This document shows, one piece after another, positions 10,417 to 20,071 of a stretch of DNA of 64,000 bases; the stretch's first letter is position 1; each line of letters starts with the position of its first letter. The stretch covers positions 3,991-67,990 of the forward strand of contig JBAYMG010000003.1 of the NCBI GenBank assembly GCA_041663665.1. Direction: 5' to 3'. The notes beneath the pieces were generated by a model. It saw only the letters and a program-made list of their open reading frames with translations, was not told the DNA's origin and did no database searches. Origin of the DNA: Candidatus Omnitrophota bacterium. GTDB lineage: Bacteria > Omnitrophota > Gorgyraeia > Gygaellales > Profunditerraquicolaceae. The position numbers and the translations under genes were made by a program.

Positions 10417-11805
10417 ATGGCAAGGAGAGATATGTCGAATAATAAAATTTTTCTAGAAAAAAAAGATATCCCTAAACAATGGTATAACTTAGCTGCTGAT
10501 TTATCCGGGCCAAGGCATCCGCCTTTAGCTGCTGATGGTTCTACTCTTAAGGCTGGAATGCTAGAAAAGGTGTTTCCTGCTAATATTATTGAGCAGGAGG
10601 TTTCTACTGCCCGTTGGATTAATATCCCTGAAGAGATCCTGGAGATTCTAACTTTGTGGAGGCCTGCTCCGTTACGTAGGGCTTTAAGGTTAGAGAGATA
10701 TTTAAAAACTCCGGCGCGTATTTATTATAAAGATGAAAGCGTAAGCCCGGCAGGAAGCCATAAACCAAATACTGCTGTAGCTCAAGCCTGGTACAATAAG
10801 GAGTTCGGAATTAAGCGATTGACTACCGAAACCGGGGCAGGGCAGTGGGGTTCTGCTCTTGCTTTTGCTTGTAATTTAATTGGGCTTAAATGCAAGGTTT
10901 ATATGGTGCGCATTAGTTTTGATCAAAAGCCAATGCGTAAAACTATGATGCAGGTCTGGGGTGCAGAATGTGTTGCTAGTCCCAGTTCGACTACACGCTC
11001 TGGCAGAGAAATATTAAAGAAGATGCCGCATACACCTGGTAGCTTAGGTATGGCAATTAGTGAAGCAGTGGAGGATGCCCTTTCTGATAAGAGCGGTAAA
11101 TCCCGTTATTCTTTAGGCAGTGTTTTAAATCATGTTTTATTGCACCAGACAATTATTGGCTTAGAGGCAAAAAAACAGCTAAAAATAGCTGGTGAGAAAA
11201 AACCGGATATAGTTATTGGTTGTGTTGGCGGCGGGAGCAATTTTGCCGGTATTGCCTTTCCTTTTATTAGTGATAAAATTTGCGGCCAAAATATAGAAAT
11301 TATTCCTGTTGAGCCAACGGCTTGCCCGACTTTAACTAAGGGTCCATTTACTTATGATTTTGGCGATGTTGCCGGGCTTACTCCATTATTGGCTATGCAT
11401 ACATTGGGGCATAGATTTGTTCCAGAGCCGATTCATGCCGGAGGATTGCGCTACCACGGTATGGCGCCTTTAGTAAGCCAAGCAGCAGTCGAAGGTTTGA
11501 TTACACCGCGTGCTTATGATCAGATTAAATGTTATCAGGCAGCTTTCCTTTGGGCCAGAACTGAAGGAACAATTTGTGCCCCTGAAACAAGCCATGCGAT
11601 TGCTTGTGCTATTGATGAAGCCAGGAAAGCTAAAAAAGAAGGTAAACAAAAAGTGATTTTATTTTGCTATAGCGGGCATGGGCTGATGGATTTAGCCGGA
11701 TATGATAAATTTTTATCCGGTAAGTTAACCAGGTATGCGCTTCCAAGAAATAAATTACACAACTCTTTGAAGTCGATCAGAGGTTTGCCTAAAATAGAAT
11801 GTTAA
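10417..11805 (+). CDS. TrpB-like PLP-dependent enzyme (tryptophan synthase beta chain 2 family, TrpB2)
   Basis: 462 aa; conserved TrpB2-family regions (e.g. [40 protein letters not shown]), the TrpB2 N-terminal extension, and no trpA nearby. Confidence 0.85.
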   Translation: MARRDMSNNKIFLEKKDIPKQWYNLAADLSGPRHPPLAADGSTLKAGMLEKVFPANIIEQEVSTARWINIPEEILEILTLWRPAPLRRALRLERYLKTPARIYYKDESVSPAGSHKPNTAVAQAWYNKEFGIKRLTTETGAGQWGSALAFACNLIGLKCKVYMVRISFDQKPMRKTMMQVWGAECVASPSSTTRSGREILKKMPHTPGSLGMAISEAVEDALSDKSGKSRYSLGSVLNHVLLHQTIIGLEAKKQLKIAGEKKPDIVIGCVGGGSNFAGIAFPFISDKICGQNIEIIPVEPTACPTLTKGPFTYDFGDVAGLTPLLAMHTLGHRFVPEPIHAGGLRYHGMAPLVSQAAVEGLITPRAYDQIKCYQAAFLWARTEGTICAPETSHAIACAIDEARKAKKEGKQKVILFCYSGHGLMDLAGYDKFLSGKLTRYALPRNKLHNSLKSIRGLPKIEC

Positions 11806-12551
11806 GAATCGATTTAAATAACAATTTTTTTCGAAAATTGATTTATTTTAAAAAATATCTGTTTATTTTATCAGCTTTACCTTTGTTAATTTTATTTAAT
11901 CTTTTGCTCTGGGCGAATGCCGACGTCCTTCATTTAAAAAATGGCCGTAGCATTGAAGGGCTGATTAAGAAAGAGACCGCGGATAATGTTGAGTTAGAGA
12001 TAAGTTTTGGTTCTATGAAATTTTCTAAAGATCAGATAGAGAACATTGAAAGATCTTCACCTGTCCAGGTGGAATTGATCCGGCAGGAATGGAGTGAAGA
12101 AAAAGCCAAAGTGCAGGAAAGGGCTAAAGCGGTAGAAGAAGAAAGGGAGCATGCGCCAAAACAGGTAAGCGTGGATAAGAAAAGCGGGCATGTGATTGTG
12201 GTAACTACGTTAAATAAGGAAGTAAAAGCCAATCTTGTTTTAGATACCGGTGCTTCTTTGATGATGTTGTCAAATAAAGTAGCGGTTAGTTTGGGCTCAA
12301 GTATTAACTCTAGCAGCGGGAAGGTTATTGATTTAATAATGGCCGACGGCCGCAGAGTAGAAGCTAAAATGGTAATTTTAGATAGTGTAAGCGTGCAGGA
12401 TTCTGAGGTGCAAAATGTCGAGGCTGCGGTTTTGTCAGCAGAAGACAGTGATGCTGTTGTCGGTGACGGCCTGCTGGGTATGTCTTTTTTGAAACACTTT
12501 AATTTTAAAATTGACCAGAAGTATGGTAAGTTAATTTTGGAGAAGCTGTAA
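11799..12551 (+). CDS. membrane-anchored retropepsin-like (clan AA) aspartic protease
   Basis: N-terminal TM helix, a coiled-coil linker, and the retroviral-type protease signature [20 protein letters not shown]; overlaps the TrpB2 stop by 7 nt. Confidence 0.7.
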   Translation: MLRIDLNNNFFRKLIYFKKYLFILSALPLLILFNLLLWANADVLHLKNGRSIEGLIKKETADNVELEISFGSMKFSKDQIENIERSSPVQVELIRQEWSEEKAKVQERAKAVEEEREHAPKQVSVDKKSGHVIVVTTLNKEVKANLVLDTGASLMMLSNKVAVSLGSSINSSSGKVIDLIMADGRRVEAKMVILDSVSVQDSEVQNVEAAVLSAEDSDAVVGDGLLGMSFLKHFNFKIDQKYGKLILEKL

Positions 12552-12968
12552 ATGAAATCTCACACCGAATATCTCTATTTTAATACCACTCAAAGGCAGG
12601 AGTTTGTTAATATAACTAGCCAGGTGGAGAAGGCTCTGGCTAAAAGCGCAATCCAAGAGGGTTTGTGTTTAGTTAATCCTATGCATATTACCGCCAGCGT
12701 TTTTATCAATGATGATGAAACTGGTTTGCATCAGGATTTCTCTCTTTGGCTTGAAAAACTAGCTCCGTTTAGTAAAGATAGATATCAGCATAATTCTACC
12801 GGCGAAGATAACGCGGACGCGCATTTGAAGCGTACGATCATGGGTAGGGAAGTAGTAGTGGCAGTAACCGGAGGAAAGTTAGATTTCGGCCCATGGGAGC
12901 AGATTTTTTACGCTGAGTTTGATGGCCAACGCAAGAAACGGGTGCTGATTAAAATAATCGGGGAATAA
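12552..12968 (+). CDS. YjbQ/UPF0047 family protein (secondary thiamine-phosphate synthase-like)
   Basis: 138 aa; typical YjbQ length and fold sequence ([21 protein letters not shown]). Confidence 0.8.
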   Translation: MKSHTEYLYFNTTQRQEFVNITSQVEKALAKSAIQEGLCLVNPMHITASVFINDDETGLHQDFSLWLEKLAPFSKDRYQHNSTGEDNADAHLKRTIMGREVVVAVTGGKLDFGPWEQIFYAEFDGQRKKRVLIKIIGE

Positions 12969-12970
12969 TT

Positions 12971-13906
12971 ATGAAAATAAAAAATACCGAAATTAAAGTG
13001 ATGCTGGGTGATATTACTGAGCAAGAAGTAGATGCTGTTGTTAATGCGGCTAATAATAAATTATTGATGGGTGGAGGTGTAGCTGGGGCGATTAAGAAAA
13101 AAGGCGGCCAGATTATTGAAGATGAAGCAATAAAAGATGGGCCTATTGAAATTGGGCAAGCGATTGCAACTGGTGCAGGTAAACTCAAAGCAAAATATGT
13201 GATCCATGCTGCAACTATGGGTATGGATTTTAAGACTGATGAAATTAAAATTCGTAATGCTTGCCGGAGCTCGTTGGATTTAGCCGGGAAATTAAAAATT
13301 AGTTCAATTATCTTTCCGGCTTTAGGTTGCGGTACCGGAGGATTTCCTTTGTTAGCTTCAGCTAAGATTATGGCTCAAGAGCTTTTAAAAGACTTGCGTC
13401 AGGAAAAGTCAGGGTTAAAAGAGGTAACCTTCTGTTTGAATAATCAGGAAGCAGTTGCTGTTTTTAACAAAGGTGTATTAGGCTATTTAGAGTATGTAAC
13501 CACAAAATTATCCGGCGGTCCGTATGTTACAGTGGATGCAATTATTGAATTATCGGAAGGAATCGTGATTATCGAGCGTAGTAATCCGCCTTTTGGCTGG
13601 GCACTGCCTGGAGGATTTGTAGATTATGGAGAAAGCTTGGAGGAAGCAGTAATTAGAGAGACAAAAGAAGAAACTAATTTGGATTTAACTGAAATTAAAC
13701 AGTTTCATACTTATTCTAACCCGCAGCGTGACTTGCGATTTCACACAATCGGAACTGTATTTATTGCCAAAGCTAAGGGTATTCCTAAGGCTGGTGATGA
13801 TGCAAAGGGCCTAAAAATTGTTAAATTAAGTGAGATAGAGAAGCTGCAACTTGCCTTTGATCATAAGAAAATTCTTCAGGATTACCTTCAGGCAAAACAG
13901 GCTTAA
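12971..13906 (+). CDS. Macro domain (ADP-ribose/O-acetyl-ADP-ribose binding) fused to a NUDIX hydrolase (ADP-ribose pyrophosphatase-like)
   Basis: N-terminus [29 protein letters not shown]...HAAT (macro domain). C-terminus Nudix box [24 protein letters not shown]. Confidence 0.8.
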   Translation: MKIKNTEIKVMLGDITEQEVDAVVNAANNKLLMGGGVAGAIKKKGGQIIEDEAIKDGPIEIGQAIATGAGKLKAKYVIHAATMGMDFKTDEIKIRNACRSSLDLAGKLKISSIIFPALGCGTGGFPLLASAKIMAQELLKDLRQEKSGLKEVTFCLNNQEAVAVFNKGVLGYLEYVTTKLSGGPYVTVDAIIELSEGIVIIERSNPPFGWALPGGFVDYGESLEEAVIRETKEETNLDLTEIKQFHTYSNPQRDLRFHTIGTVFIAKAKGIPKAGDDAKGLKIVKLSEIEKLQLAFDHKKILQDYLQAKQA

Positions 13907-15807
13907 CCTTCGCGTAATTGTTTTTCGGCGTCAACAATATCGCGGTTAATTACGCGGATGGTTTCTTTGATTTTATCTTTAAGTAAATAGGAAGCAACCG
14001 GGGCACCGGAGATTTCCCTTAAAACTTGCACGCTCATCCGAAAATACCGGACTACTTCACCTTCATCGCAATCCGTCAGTAATAATGTTTTATCAAAACT
14101 TGTCCCGCGTAGCCAGGCTTCCATAGCAGAACAGAGATGAAAATAGGGAAGCTTGCTAAAAGGATAAATTTTATAGCGTCTTTCCTTATCTTTTATCTGG
14201 TCATAGGTTTCTTCGCATGTTTTTTTAAGCCAGCGGCTGGATTTGGATATGCTTGATGGCATGCGTTGATTTTTGCGGGGGTCGAAGACAACAGAGGCCG
14301 CTACTACGCCTAATCCGAATTCATCTTGTTGTTCAAGGATGTTCTGTTCGTATAATTCCGAGAGGACTAATTCATAGCCATAAACAGTTTTAGCAAATTT
14401 TCCTTTGTTGGTAAGTTTTCCGTCAGAGATATAGTTTAAGTCTTTGAGTAGTTTAAGTTTTGCATCCAAGAGATTTAATGCATGTTTCTGTTCGTTTTTA
14501 CGTGATTGGTAATAATGTAAAGAAAGAGGATAAATTTTAAATAAATCCTCCTGATATTTTTCATAAAGATTAAGAATAGTGGCATAAGAAGTATTTAATT
14601 GGCTTTTTACTTCCTCAGGCTTGCCATAAATTATTCTGCGTACATCATCAAAGGTCATTCTTTGTGAGTTAACTCGCGTATAGACAAACCCTTCTTTGTC
14701 AATACCGCGCCTTCCGGCCCTGCCGGCCATTTGGAAAAAATCGCGGGTTTTTAAATTACGGACATAGGTACCGTAAAATTTACGCAGGCCGTCAAACATA
14801 ACCGAGCGGCTGGGCATATTGATCCCCAGGGCAAATGTTTCGGTGGTAAAAATTACTTTAAGCAAGCGGCTGGTAAAAAGCCGTTCGATTACTTCTTTTA
14901 ATGTGGGCAGCATCCCGGCGTGGTGATAGGCAATACCGCGTTGAATGAGGGGGTAAAGCATTTGGGCTGATTGTTCATTTTTTAAGTTAAATCTTTCCAG
15001 CAGATCTTCATACATCTGGGTAATTGCCCGGCTTTCTTTAGCGTCTAAGAATCTAAATCCATATAATTCCTGAGCAAGCTCTTCAGCGCGTTTACGGCTA
15101 AAAACAAAATAAATTGCTGGAAGCCCGTCATTATTACGCAAATAATCAATTAGCGAGCTTAATCTGTTAGGTTTATTTGAGCGGATGCGTTTAAGGTGCT
15201 CGATTTTATCGACGATTTCATTTTGGCACTGGAAAAGGAAATGCAAGGGGACCGGGCGGTTGTCTTCAATAACTACTTGGACGCTCTTATTATGGATTGA
15301 TTCGATCCAGGCGGCAAACTGCTTGATATTCGGGATCGTCGCTGACAGTCCAAGCAGCTTCATGTGTTTAGGGAGGAAAATCAGTGATTCTTCCCAGACT
15401 GTCCCGCGTTCAGGATTATCAATGTAATGAATTTCGTCAAAAATAACCCAGGTGTATTTATCCAGGCTTTGCGGTTCATCCAATATTTTATTACGTAGAA
15501 TTTCGGTAGTCATGATTAAAACCGGGGCTTGTGGGTTAATTGAAACATCACCGGTTAGGATGCCGATATTATCTTGAAATTGTCCTTGGAAGTCGCGGAA
15601 TTTTTGATTGGAGAGGGCTTTGATCGGTGCAGTATAGATAACTCCTAAATTATTAATAATCGCGTTGCTAATAATATATTCGGCAATAGCGGTTTTTCCA
15701 GCTCCGGTTGGCGCTGAAACAATTACTGAGTGCCCATTGTTTATATGGTCAATGGCTTCCTGCTGGAATCGATCGTAAATCATGAATCCATTATAATCTA
15801 AAATCAT
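13903..15807 (-). CDS. Ski2/HelY-like DEAD/DEAH-box superfamily-2 RNA helicase with a DSHCT-like C-terminal domain
   Basis: Q-motif FQQEAI, motif [10 protein letters not shown], motif II FDEIHY, SAT motif GLSAT. This is the only minus-strand CDS in the window. Start is uncertain (ATG at 15807, 15786 or 15843; track TTG at 15993 would overlap the divergent gene by 150 nt). Confidence 0.8.
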   Translation of the reverse strand: MILDYNGFMIYDRFQQEAIDHINNGHSVIVSAPTGAGKTAIAEYIISNAIINNLGVIYTAPIKALSNQKFRDFQGQFQDNIGILTGDVSINPQAPVLIMTTEILRNKILDEPQSLDKYTWVIFDEIHYIDNPERGTVWEESLIFLPKHMKLLGLSATIPNIKQFAAWIESIHNKSVQVVIEDNRPVPLHFLFQCQNEIVDKIEHLKRIRSNKPNRLSSLIDYLRNNDGLPAIYFVFSRKRAEELAQELYGFRFLDAKESRAITQMYEDLLERFNLKNEQSAQMLYPLIQRGIAYHHAGMLPTLKEVIERLFTSRLLKVIFTTETFALGINMPSRSVMFDGLRKFYGTYVRNLKTRDFFQMAGRAGRRGIDKEGFVYTRVNSQRMTFDDVRRIIYGKPEEVKSQLNTSYATILNLYEKYQEDLFKIYPLSLHYYQSRKNEQKHALNLLDAKLKLLKDLNYISDGKLTNKGKFAKTVYGYELVLSELYEQNILEQQDEFGLGVVAASVVFDPRKNQRMPSSISKSSRWLKKTCEETYDQIKDKERRYKIYPFSKLPYFHLCSAMEAWLRGTSFDKTLLLTDCDEGEVVRYFRMSVQVLREISGAPVASYLLKDKIKETIRVINRDIVDAEKQLREG

Positions 15808-15841
15808 TGATTTATCTATGTAAAAATAATATAATGCATCC

Positions 15842-16393
15842 ATGGGGTATGAGGTTGCGCTTAATAAAGCTTGGGATAATTTGGCTAACCAGAAGGCGCC
15901 CAATAATTTATCAGTAAAATTTATGGGCGATGAGTATAGTATAGACATTGTTCTAAAGCGTATCCTTTCTCTATCTTGTAACACTCCGGTCAAGGATTTT
16001 CCGGCTATCTTAATTTTGCATTATTTGCTGCAGAAATTAAAGGGGATGCCTGCAATAACTGGCCTCTGGCTTACTTTCAGGGAGTTTTCCGGGATTGAAG
16101 GTTATTATGACGCTTATCATAAGCGTTCAATTGAGCCGTTAATCCGTAAATATGGCAAGCATCCGGATGCCATTAAAGATGTTTTAAACCGGTTACCGGG
16201 CAGGCTTGCCAGCGGCGGAGATGTAGGTATTATTATTGAGGTTTTTGAGGATATTCCGGTATTGATCAAACTTTGGGAGCAGGATACGGAATTTGGCCCG
16301 GATGCCAATATGTATTTTGACGCAAGCATAAAAGACATTTTTTGTATTGAGGATATTATAGTTTTAGCTCAACTGGTTAGCAGTCAGCTTTAG
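15842..16393 (+). CDS. hypothetical protein, DUF3786-like
   Basis: 183 aa, no catalytic motif recognised. N-terminus YEVALNKAWDNL and the SLSCNTPVKDFPAILILHYL segment resemble the DUF3786 family as I recall it. An internal start at 15923 is possible. Confidence 0.45.
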   Translation: MGYEVALNKAWDNLANQKAPNNLSVKFMGDEYSIDIVLKRILSLSCNTPVKDFPAILILHYLLQKLKGMPAITGLWLTFREFSGIEGYYDAYHKRSIEPLIRKYGKHPDAIKDVLNRLPGRLASGGDVGIIIEVFEDIPVLIKLWEQDTEFGPDANMYFDASIKDIFCIEDIIVLAQLVSSQL

Positions 16394-16424
16394 TGTTTTT
16401 TAGTATTTATGCAGGGAGAGAAAA

Positions 16425-16985
16425 ATGAATAAAGTTATTATATTGTTGTTTATCGGGTTATTGGGCTTGACCGGCTATCTGTTTTGTGATGACCTTGATT
16501 CTCGGTTTCATTCTCAAGAAGAAGTTAAGCTCCAGATACCCTTTGGCAGAAATATCGATTACAATAATATTCTAGTATCCAGGGCTGTTGACGGAGATAC
16601 TCTGGTTTTAGAGAATAATGAACGGGTGCGTTTAATTGGTATTGATACTCCGGAAATGCATGAATCGAATAAGCTTAATCGCGACGCACAGCGTTCCGGG
16701 CAAGATGTTGAAGCAATAAAACAGATGGGCAGGCAAGCTTATGAGTTCACTAAAAAACTTGTCGAGGGCAAACGGGTACGTTTAGAGTTTGATGTTGACA
16801 GGCATGATAAGTATAAAAGAACTTTAGCTTATGTCTATCTGGAGGATGGGACTTTTTTAAATGCTAAAATTGTGGAAGAAGGTTATGCTTCGCTGATGAC
16901 CTATCCGCCAAATGTAAAATATGCAGATTTATTTTTAAAATTATATCAACAGGCTCGTCAAAATCAGCGCGGGCTTTGGAAATAA
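16425..16985 (+). CDS. secreted thermonuclease (staphylococcal nuclease, SNase-like)
   Basis: Signal peptide MNKVIILLFIGLLGLTGYLF, then the SNase core AVDGDTLVL...RVRLIGIDTPE...RTLAYVYLEDGTFLNAKIVEEGYA. Confidence 0.85.
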   Translation: MNKVIILLFIGLLGLTGYLFCDDLDSRFHSQEEVKLQIPFGRNIDYNNILVSRAVDGDTLVLENNERVRLIGIDTPEMHESNKLNRDAQRSGQDVEAIKQMGRQAYEFTKKLVEGKRVRLEFDVDRHDKYKRTLAYVYLEDGTFLNAKIVEEGYASLMTYPPNVKYADLFLKLYQQARQNQRGLWK

Positions 16986-17040
16986 TATTGGAGAGGTTAT
17001 GTTTTGTTCTGCTCCTTGGGATTTTTCTAAATAAAACATT

Positions 17041-18093
17041 ATGGAGGATATTATGTTAAGGTGTTTAACTGCAGGTGAATCGCACGGTAAAGGATTATTT
17101 GCTATTTTAGAAGGGTTTCCGGCCGGGCTTAAAGTTAATGCGGCAGATATTAATCAAGAATTAAAACGCAGGCAATCCGGGTTTGGCCGGGGCAAGCGCA
17201 TGCAGATAGAGCATGACCAGGTTGAGATTGTCTCCGGTTTAAAAAATAATCAAACTTTGGGCAGCCCGGTTACTTTGCTAATTAAAAATAAAGATGCCAG
17301 CATCGAGAAATTACATAAGGTTTTAGCTGCCCGCCCGGGCCATGCCGATTTAGCTGGGTTATTAAAATATGGTTTTACGGATATCCGGGAAGTTTTAGAA
17401 CGTGCTTCAGCGCGCAGCACAGCGGCTACTGTAGCAGTCGGTGCTTTATGCAAAATCTTCTTAAAAGAATTTGGGATTATTGTGGCCAGTAAAGTTTTGT
17501 CGGTTGGCGGTGAATCTGAAGAAGCGGCAATCGAGGAGAAAATAACCGAAGCAATTAACAATAAGGATACGGTGGGTGGGGTCTTTGAGGTAGCTATCAA
17601 GAATGTCCCGGTAGGTTTGGGTAGTTATGTTCAACCAGACCGCAGGCTAGATAGCCGCTTAGCTCAAGCAATTATTGCTATTCCGGGAATTAAATCTTTT
17701 GAGGTCGGTTTGGGCTTAGGCTATGCAGTTAGTTTTGGTTCTGAGGTGCACGATGCGATTTATCATGATAATAAAAAAGGATATTTTCGCCGGAGTAACA
17801 ATTCCGGAGGTATTGAAGGGGGTATTTCTAACGGCGAGGTTATTGTTTTGCGTGCTTGTATGAAGCCGATTGCTACTTTGATGAACCCGCTGGATTCAGT
17901 AAATATTAATACCAAAAAAATTGCTAAGGCTGCGGTTGAACGTTCGGATATTTGTGTTGTTGAATCGGCCGGGGTTGTAGCTGAATCAGCGGCGGCTTTT
18001 GTTTTAACGGAAGCTTTCCTTGAAAAATTCGGCGCTGACTGTTTAAGCGATATAAAAGAAAGTTATAAGAATTATTTAAAAAGAATTAGTTAG
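17041..18093 (+). CDS. aroC: chorismate synthase
   Basis: MLRCLTAGESHGKGLFAILEGFPAGL...RPGHAD; 350 aa. Confidence 0.95.
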   Translation: MEDIMLRCLTAGESHGKGLFAILEGFPAGLKVNAADINQELKRRQSGFGRGKRMQIEHDQVEIVSGLKNNQTLGSPVTLLIKNKDASIEKLHKVLAARPGHADLAGLLKYGFTDIREVLERASARSTAATVAVGALCKIFLKEFGIIVASKVLSVGGESEEAAIEEKITEAINNKDTVGGVFEVAIKNVPVGLGSYVQPDRRLDSRLAQAIIAIPGIKSFEVGLGLGYAVSFGSEVHDAIYHDNKKGYFRRSNNSGGIEGGISNGEVIVLRACMKPIATLMNPLDSVNINTKKIAKAAVERSDICVVESAGVVAESAAAFVLTEAFLEKFGADCLSDIKESYKNYLKRIS

Positions 18094-18142
18094 ATTCTAT
18101 CGCCTCGTTCGTCTATTGTCGGTAAGAAGGAGGTGATAGGAT

Positions 18143-18400
18143 ATGAAAGAAAACGAAATTAGTGTCAGCCGTATCTATAAGTTAGAGACTGATTCTAAAC
18201 TTAAGGCTTTTGCGGATGTTGCATTTTCGGGGATTGTAATCAAAGGCTTTAGTGTGGTTAACGGCGAAAAAGGATTGTTTGTGAGCATGCCTCGCCATCA
18301 AGGTAAAGACGGTAAGTGGTATGATACAGTTTACCCGGAAACCAAGGAGTTAAAGCAGCAATTAAGCGCAATTGTTCTGGAAGCGTATCAGGCTAGTTAA
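18143..18400 (+). CDS. spoVG: septation protein SpoVG
   Basis: 85 aa: KAFADVAFSGIVIKGFSVVNGEKGLFVSMPRHQGKDGKWYDTVYPETKELKQQLSAIVLEAY matches SpoVG along its full length. Strong SD AAGGAGGTGA. Confidence 0.9.
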   Translation: MKENEISVSRIYKLETDSKLKAFADVAFSGIVIKGFSVVNGEKGLFVSMPRHQGKDGKWYDTVYPETKELKQQLSAIVLEAYQAS

Positions 18401-18406
18401 AAAATC

Positions 18407-18460
18407 GGGGACGCTCCTATTTATTTTTTCTGTTTCTTAAGAATAAATAGGAGCGTCCCC
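18407..18460 (+). terminator. 19-bp perfect inverted repeat (GGGGACGCTCCTATTTATT / AATAAATAGGAGCGTCCCC) with a 16-nt T-rich loop; possible terminator, attenuator or RNA-stability hairpin after spoVG
   Basis: Read directly from the sequence. No canonical U-tract follows on the + strand, so the terminator call is tentative. Confidence 0.4.
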
Positions 18461-18485
18461 AGATTAAATGAAGGATTGATATAAA

Positions 18486-18989
18486 ATGAATATTTATTTA
18501 GTTGGATTTATGGGCACTGGAAAAACTTCAGTTGGCCGTTTATTGGCTAGTAAAAAAGGTTGGAATTTTGTCGATTTGGATGAATTGATTGAATTAAAAG
18601 AACAGCGCAGGATTGTGGATATTTTCGCTCAGGATGGCGAGCCGTATTTTCGTAAAATCGAAAAAAAGTTTTTAAAACAGGTTTCTACACAAGAGAGATT
18701 TGTGGTTGCTTGCGGGGGAGGGGTTGTTTTAGATAAAGACAATATTAAGGTGATGAAAAAAACCGGAACCTTAATTTGTTTAAGTGCCGAAAGTAAGGTA
18801 ATTTTAAAAAGAGTTTTAATCAGTTCTCATCGGCCGCTTTTAAATGTCGCTAAGCCTAAGGAGCGCATTGAGCTTTTGCTTAAATTGCGCCAGCCTTACT
18901 ATTTGCAAGCTGACAGTATAATTGATACTTCGTGTTTGTCAATCAAGCAGGTGGTAGGAAAGATCCTAAAAATAGCTAAAACTAGATGA
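18486..18989 (+). CDS. aroK: shikimate kinase
   Basis: MNIYLVGFMGTGKTSVGRLLA (P-loop); 167 aa. Confidence 0.9.
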   Translation: MNIYLVGFMGTGKTSVGRLLASKKGWNFVDLDELIELKEQRRIVDIFAQDGEPYFRKIEKKFLKQVSTQERFVVACGGGVVLDKDNIKVMKKTGTLICLSAESKVILKRVLISSHRPLLNVAKPKERIELLLKLRQPYYLQADSIIDTSCLSIKQVVGKILKIAKTR

Positions 18990-20071
18990 ATACGCTGGAA
19001 GCATTAGTGAGCTTAAATCTTATTCCGCAGATTGGCAGCGTACGCCTTGAGAATTTACTTAAATATTTTCTGAAGCCGGAAGCTGTGTTTACCGCTAGTC
19101 GAAAGGATTTATCTTCAGTAGTCGGTGAGCAAATAGGGGAAAGTATTGCTACTTTTGATGTAAAGCGGTTAGAAAGGGATTTAGCACTAGCTAAAAAATT
19201 AGGGCTAAAAATTATCACTCTTTTTGACCAAGAGTATCCGCAAGTCCTTAAAGAGATACCCGGTCCTCCGATTGTGCTTTATGTTTTAGGTAATATAGCT
19301 TGTGAAGATAATCTGGCGATTGGTATTGTGGGCTCTCGGCGCGCTTCACTCTATGGCTTAAGTTGTGCTGAGAAGTTTGCTGCTGAGTTAGGTGCTCAGG
19401 GAGTTACCATAGTTTCAGGGATGGCTCGGGGTGTGGATACTTATGCTCACCGGGGTGCTCTAAAAGTAAAAGGCCGTACGATTGCGGTAATCGGAAGCGG
19501 CTTCAATCATATTTATCCTCCGGAAAATGAAAGTTTAGCTAAAGAGATTTCTTCCTCCGGTGCGGTTATTTCGGAATTTCCTATGGAAACAGTGCCTTTA
19601 CCGATGAATTTCCCCCGTCGCAATCGTTTAATCAGCGGATTAAGTTTAGGTGTTTTAATTACGGAAGCAGCTAGGAATAGCGGGGCATTGATTACTGCTG
19701 ATTTTGCTTTAGAGCAAGGCCGGGAAGTTTTTGCTTTGCCGGGAAGGATTGATTTCAACGGCTCAACCGGAACCAATGCTTTGCTTAAGCAAGGCGCAAA
19801 GATGGTTACTTGTTGCAATGATATTCTCGAGGAATTAAATTTAGCTACGACTCAAGCAAAAGAGCCTGTGGATACAATCAAGAAGCAGGAGATTGCTTGC
19901 GGTAAAGATGAGGGCCTGCTTTATGAACATATAAGTAATCAGGCAGTGAGTATTGATGCTCTGGTTGAGAAAACAGCTTTGCCGAGCAGCCAAATATTGA
20001 ATTTGATTTTAAAGCTGCGCTTTAAAAAATTAATTAAAGAATTACCGGGTAAACAATTCATGAGGAATTAA
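18986..20071 (+). CDS. dprA: DNA-processing protein DprA (Smf)
   Basis: IVGSRRASLYG...GMARGVDTYAHRGAL Rossmann-like DprA core; dprA-topA synteny. Confidence 0.9.
   Translation: MNTLEALVSLNLIPQIGSVRLENLLKYFLKPEAVFTASRKDLSSVVGEQIGESIATFDVKRLERDLALAKKLGLKIITLFDQEYPQVLKEIPGPPIVLYVLGNIACEDNLAIGIVGSRRASLYGLSCAEKFAAELGAQGVTIVSGMARGVDTYAHRGALKVKGRTIAVIGSGFNHIYPPENESLAKEISSSGAVISEFPMETVPLPMNFPRRNRLISGLSLGVLITEAARNSGALITADFALEQGREVFALPGRIDFNGSTGTNALLKQGAKMVTCCNDILEELNLATTQAKEPVDTIKKQEIACGKDEGLLYEHISNQAVSIDALVEKTALPSSQILNLILKLRFKKLIKELPGKQFMRN

Noticed and set aside
15185-15427. 80-aa + strand ORF inside the helicase gene
   Set aside because: Antisense to conserved helicase motifs; no start context.
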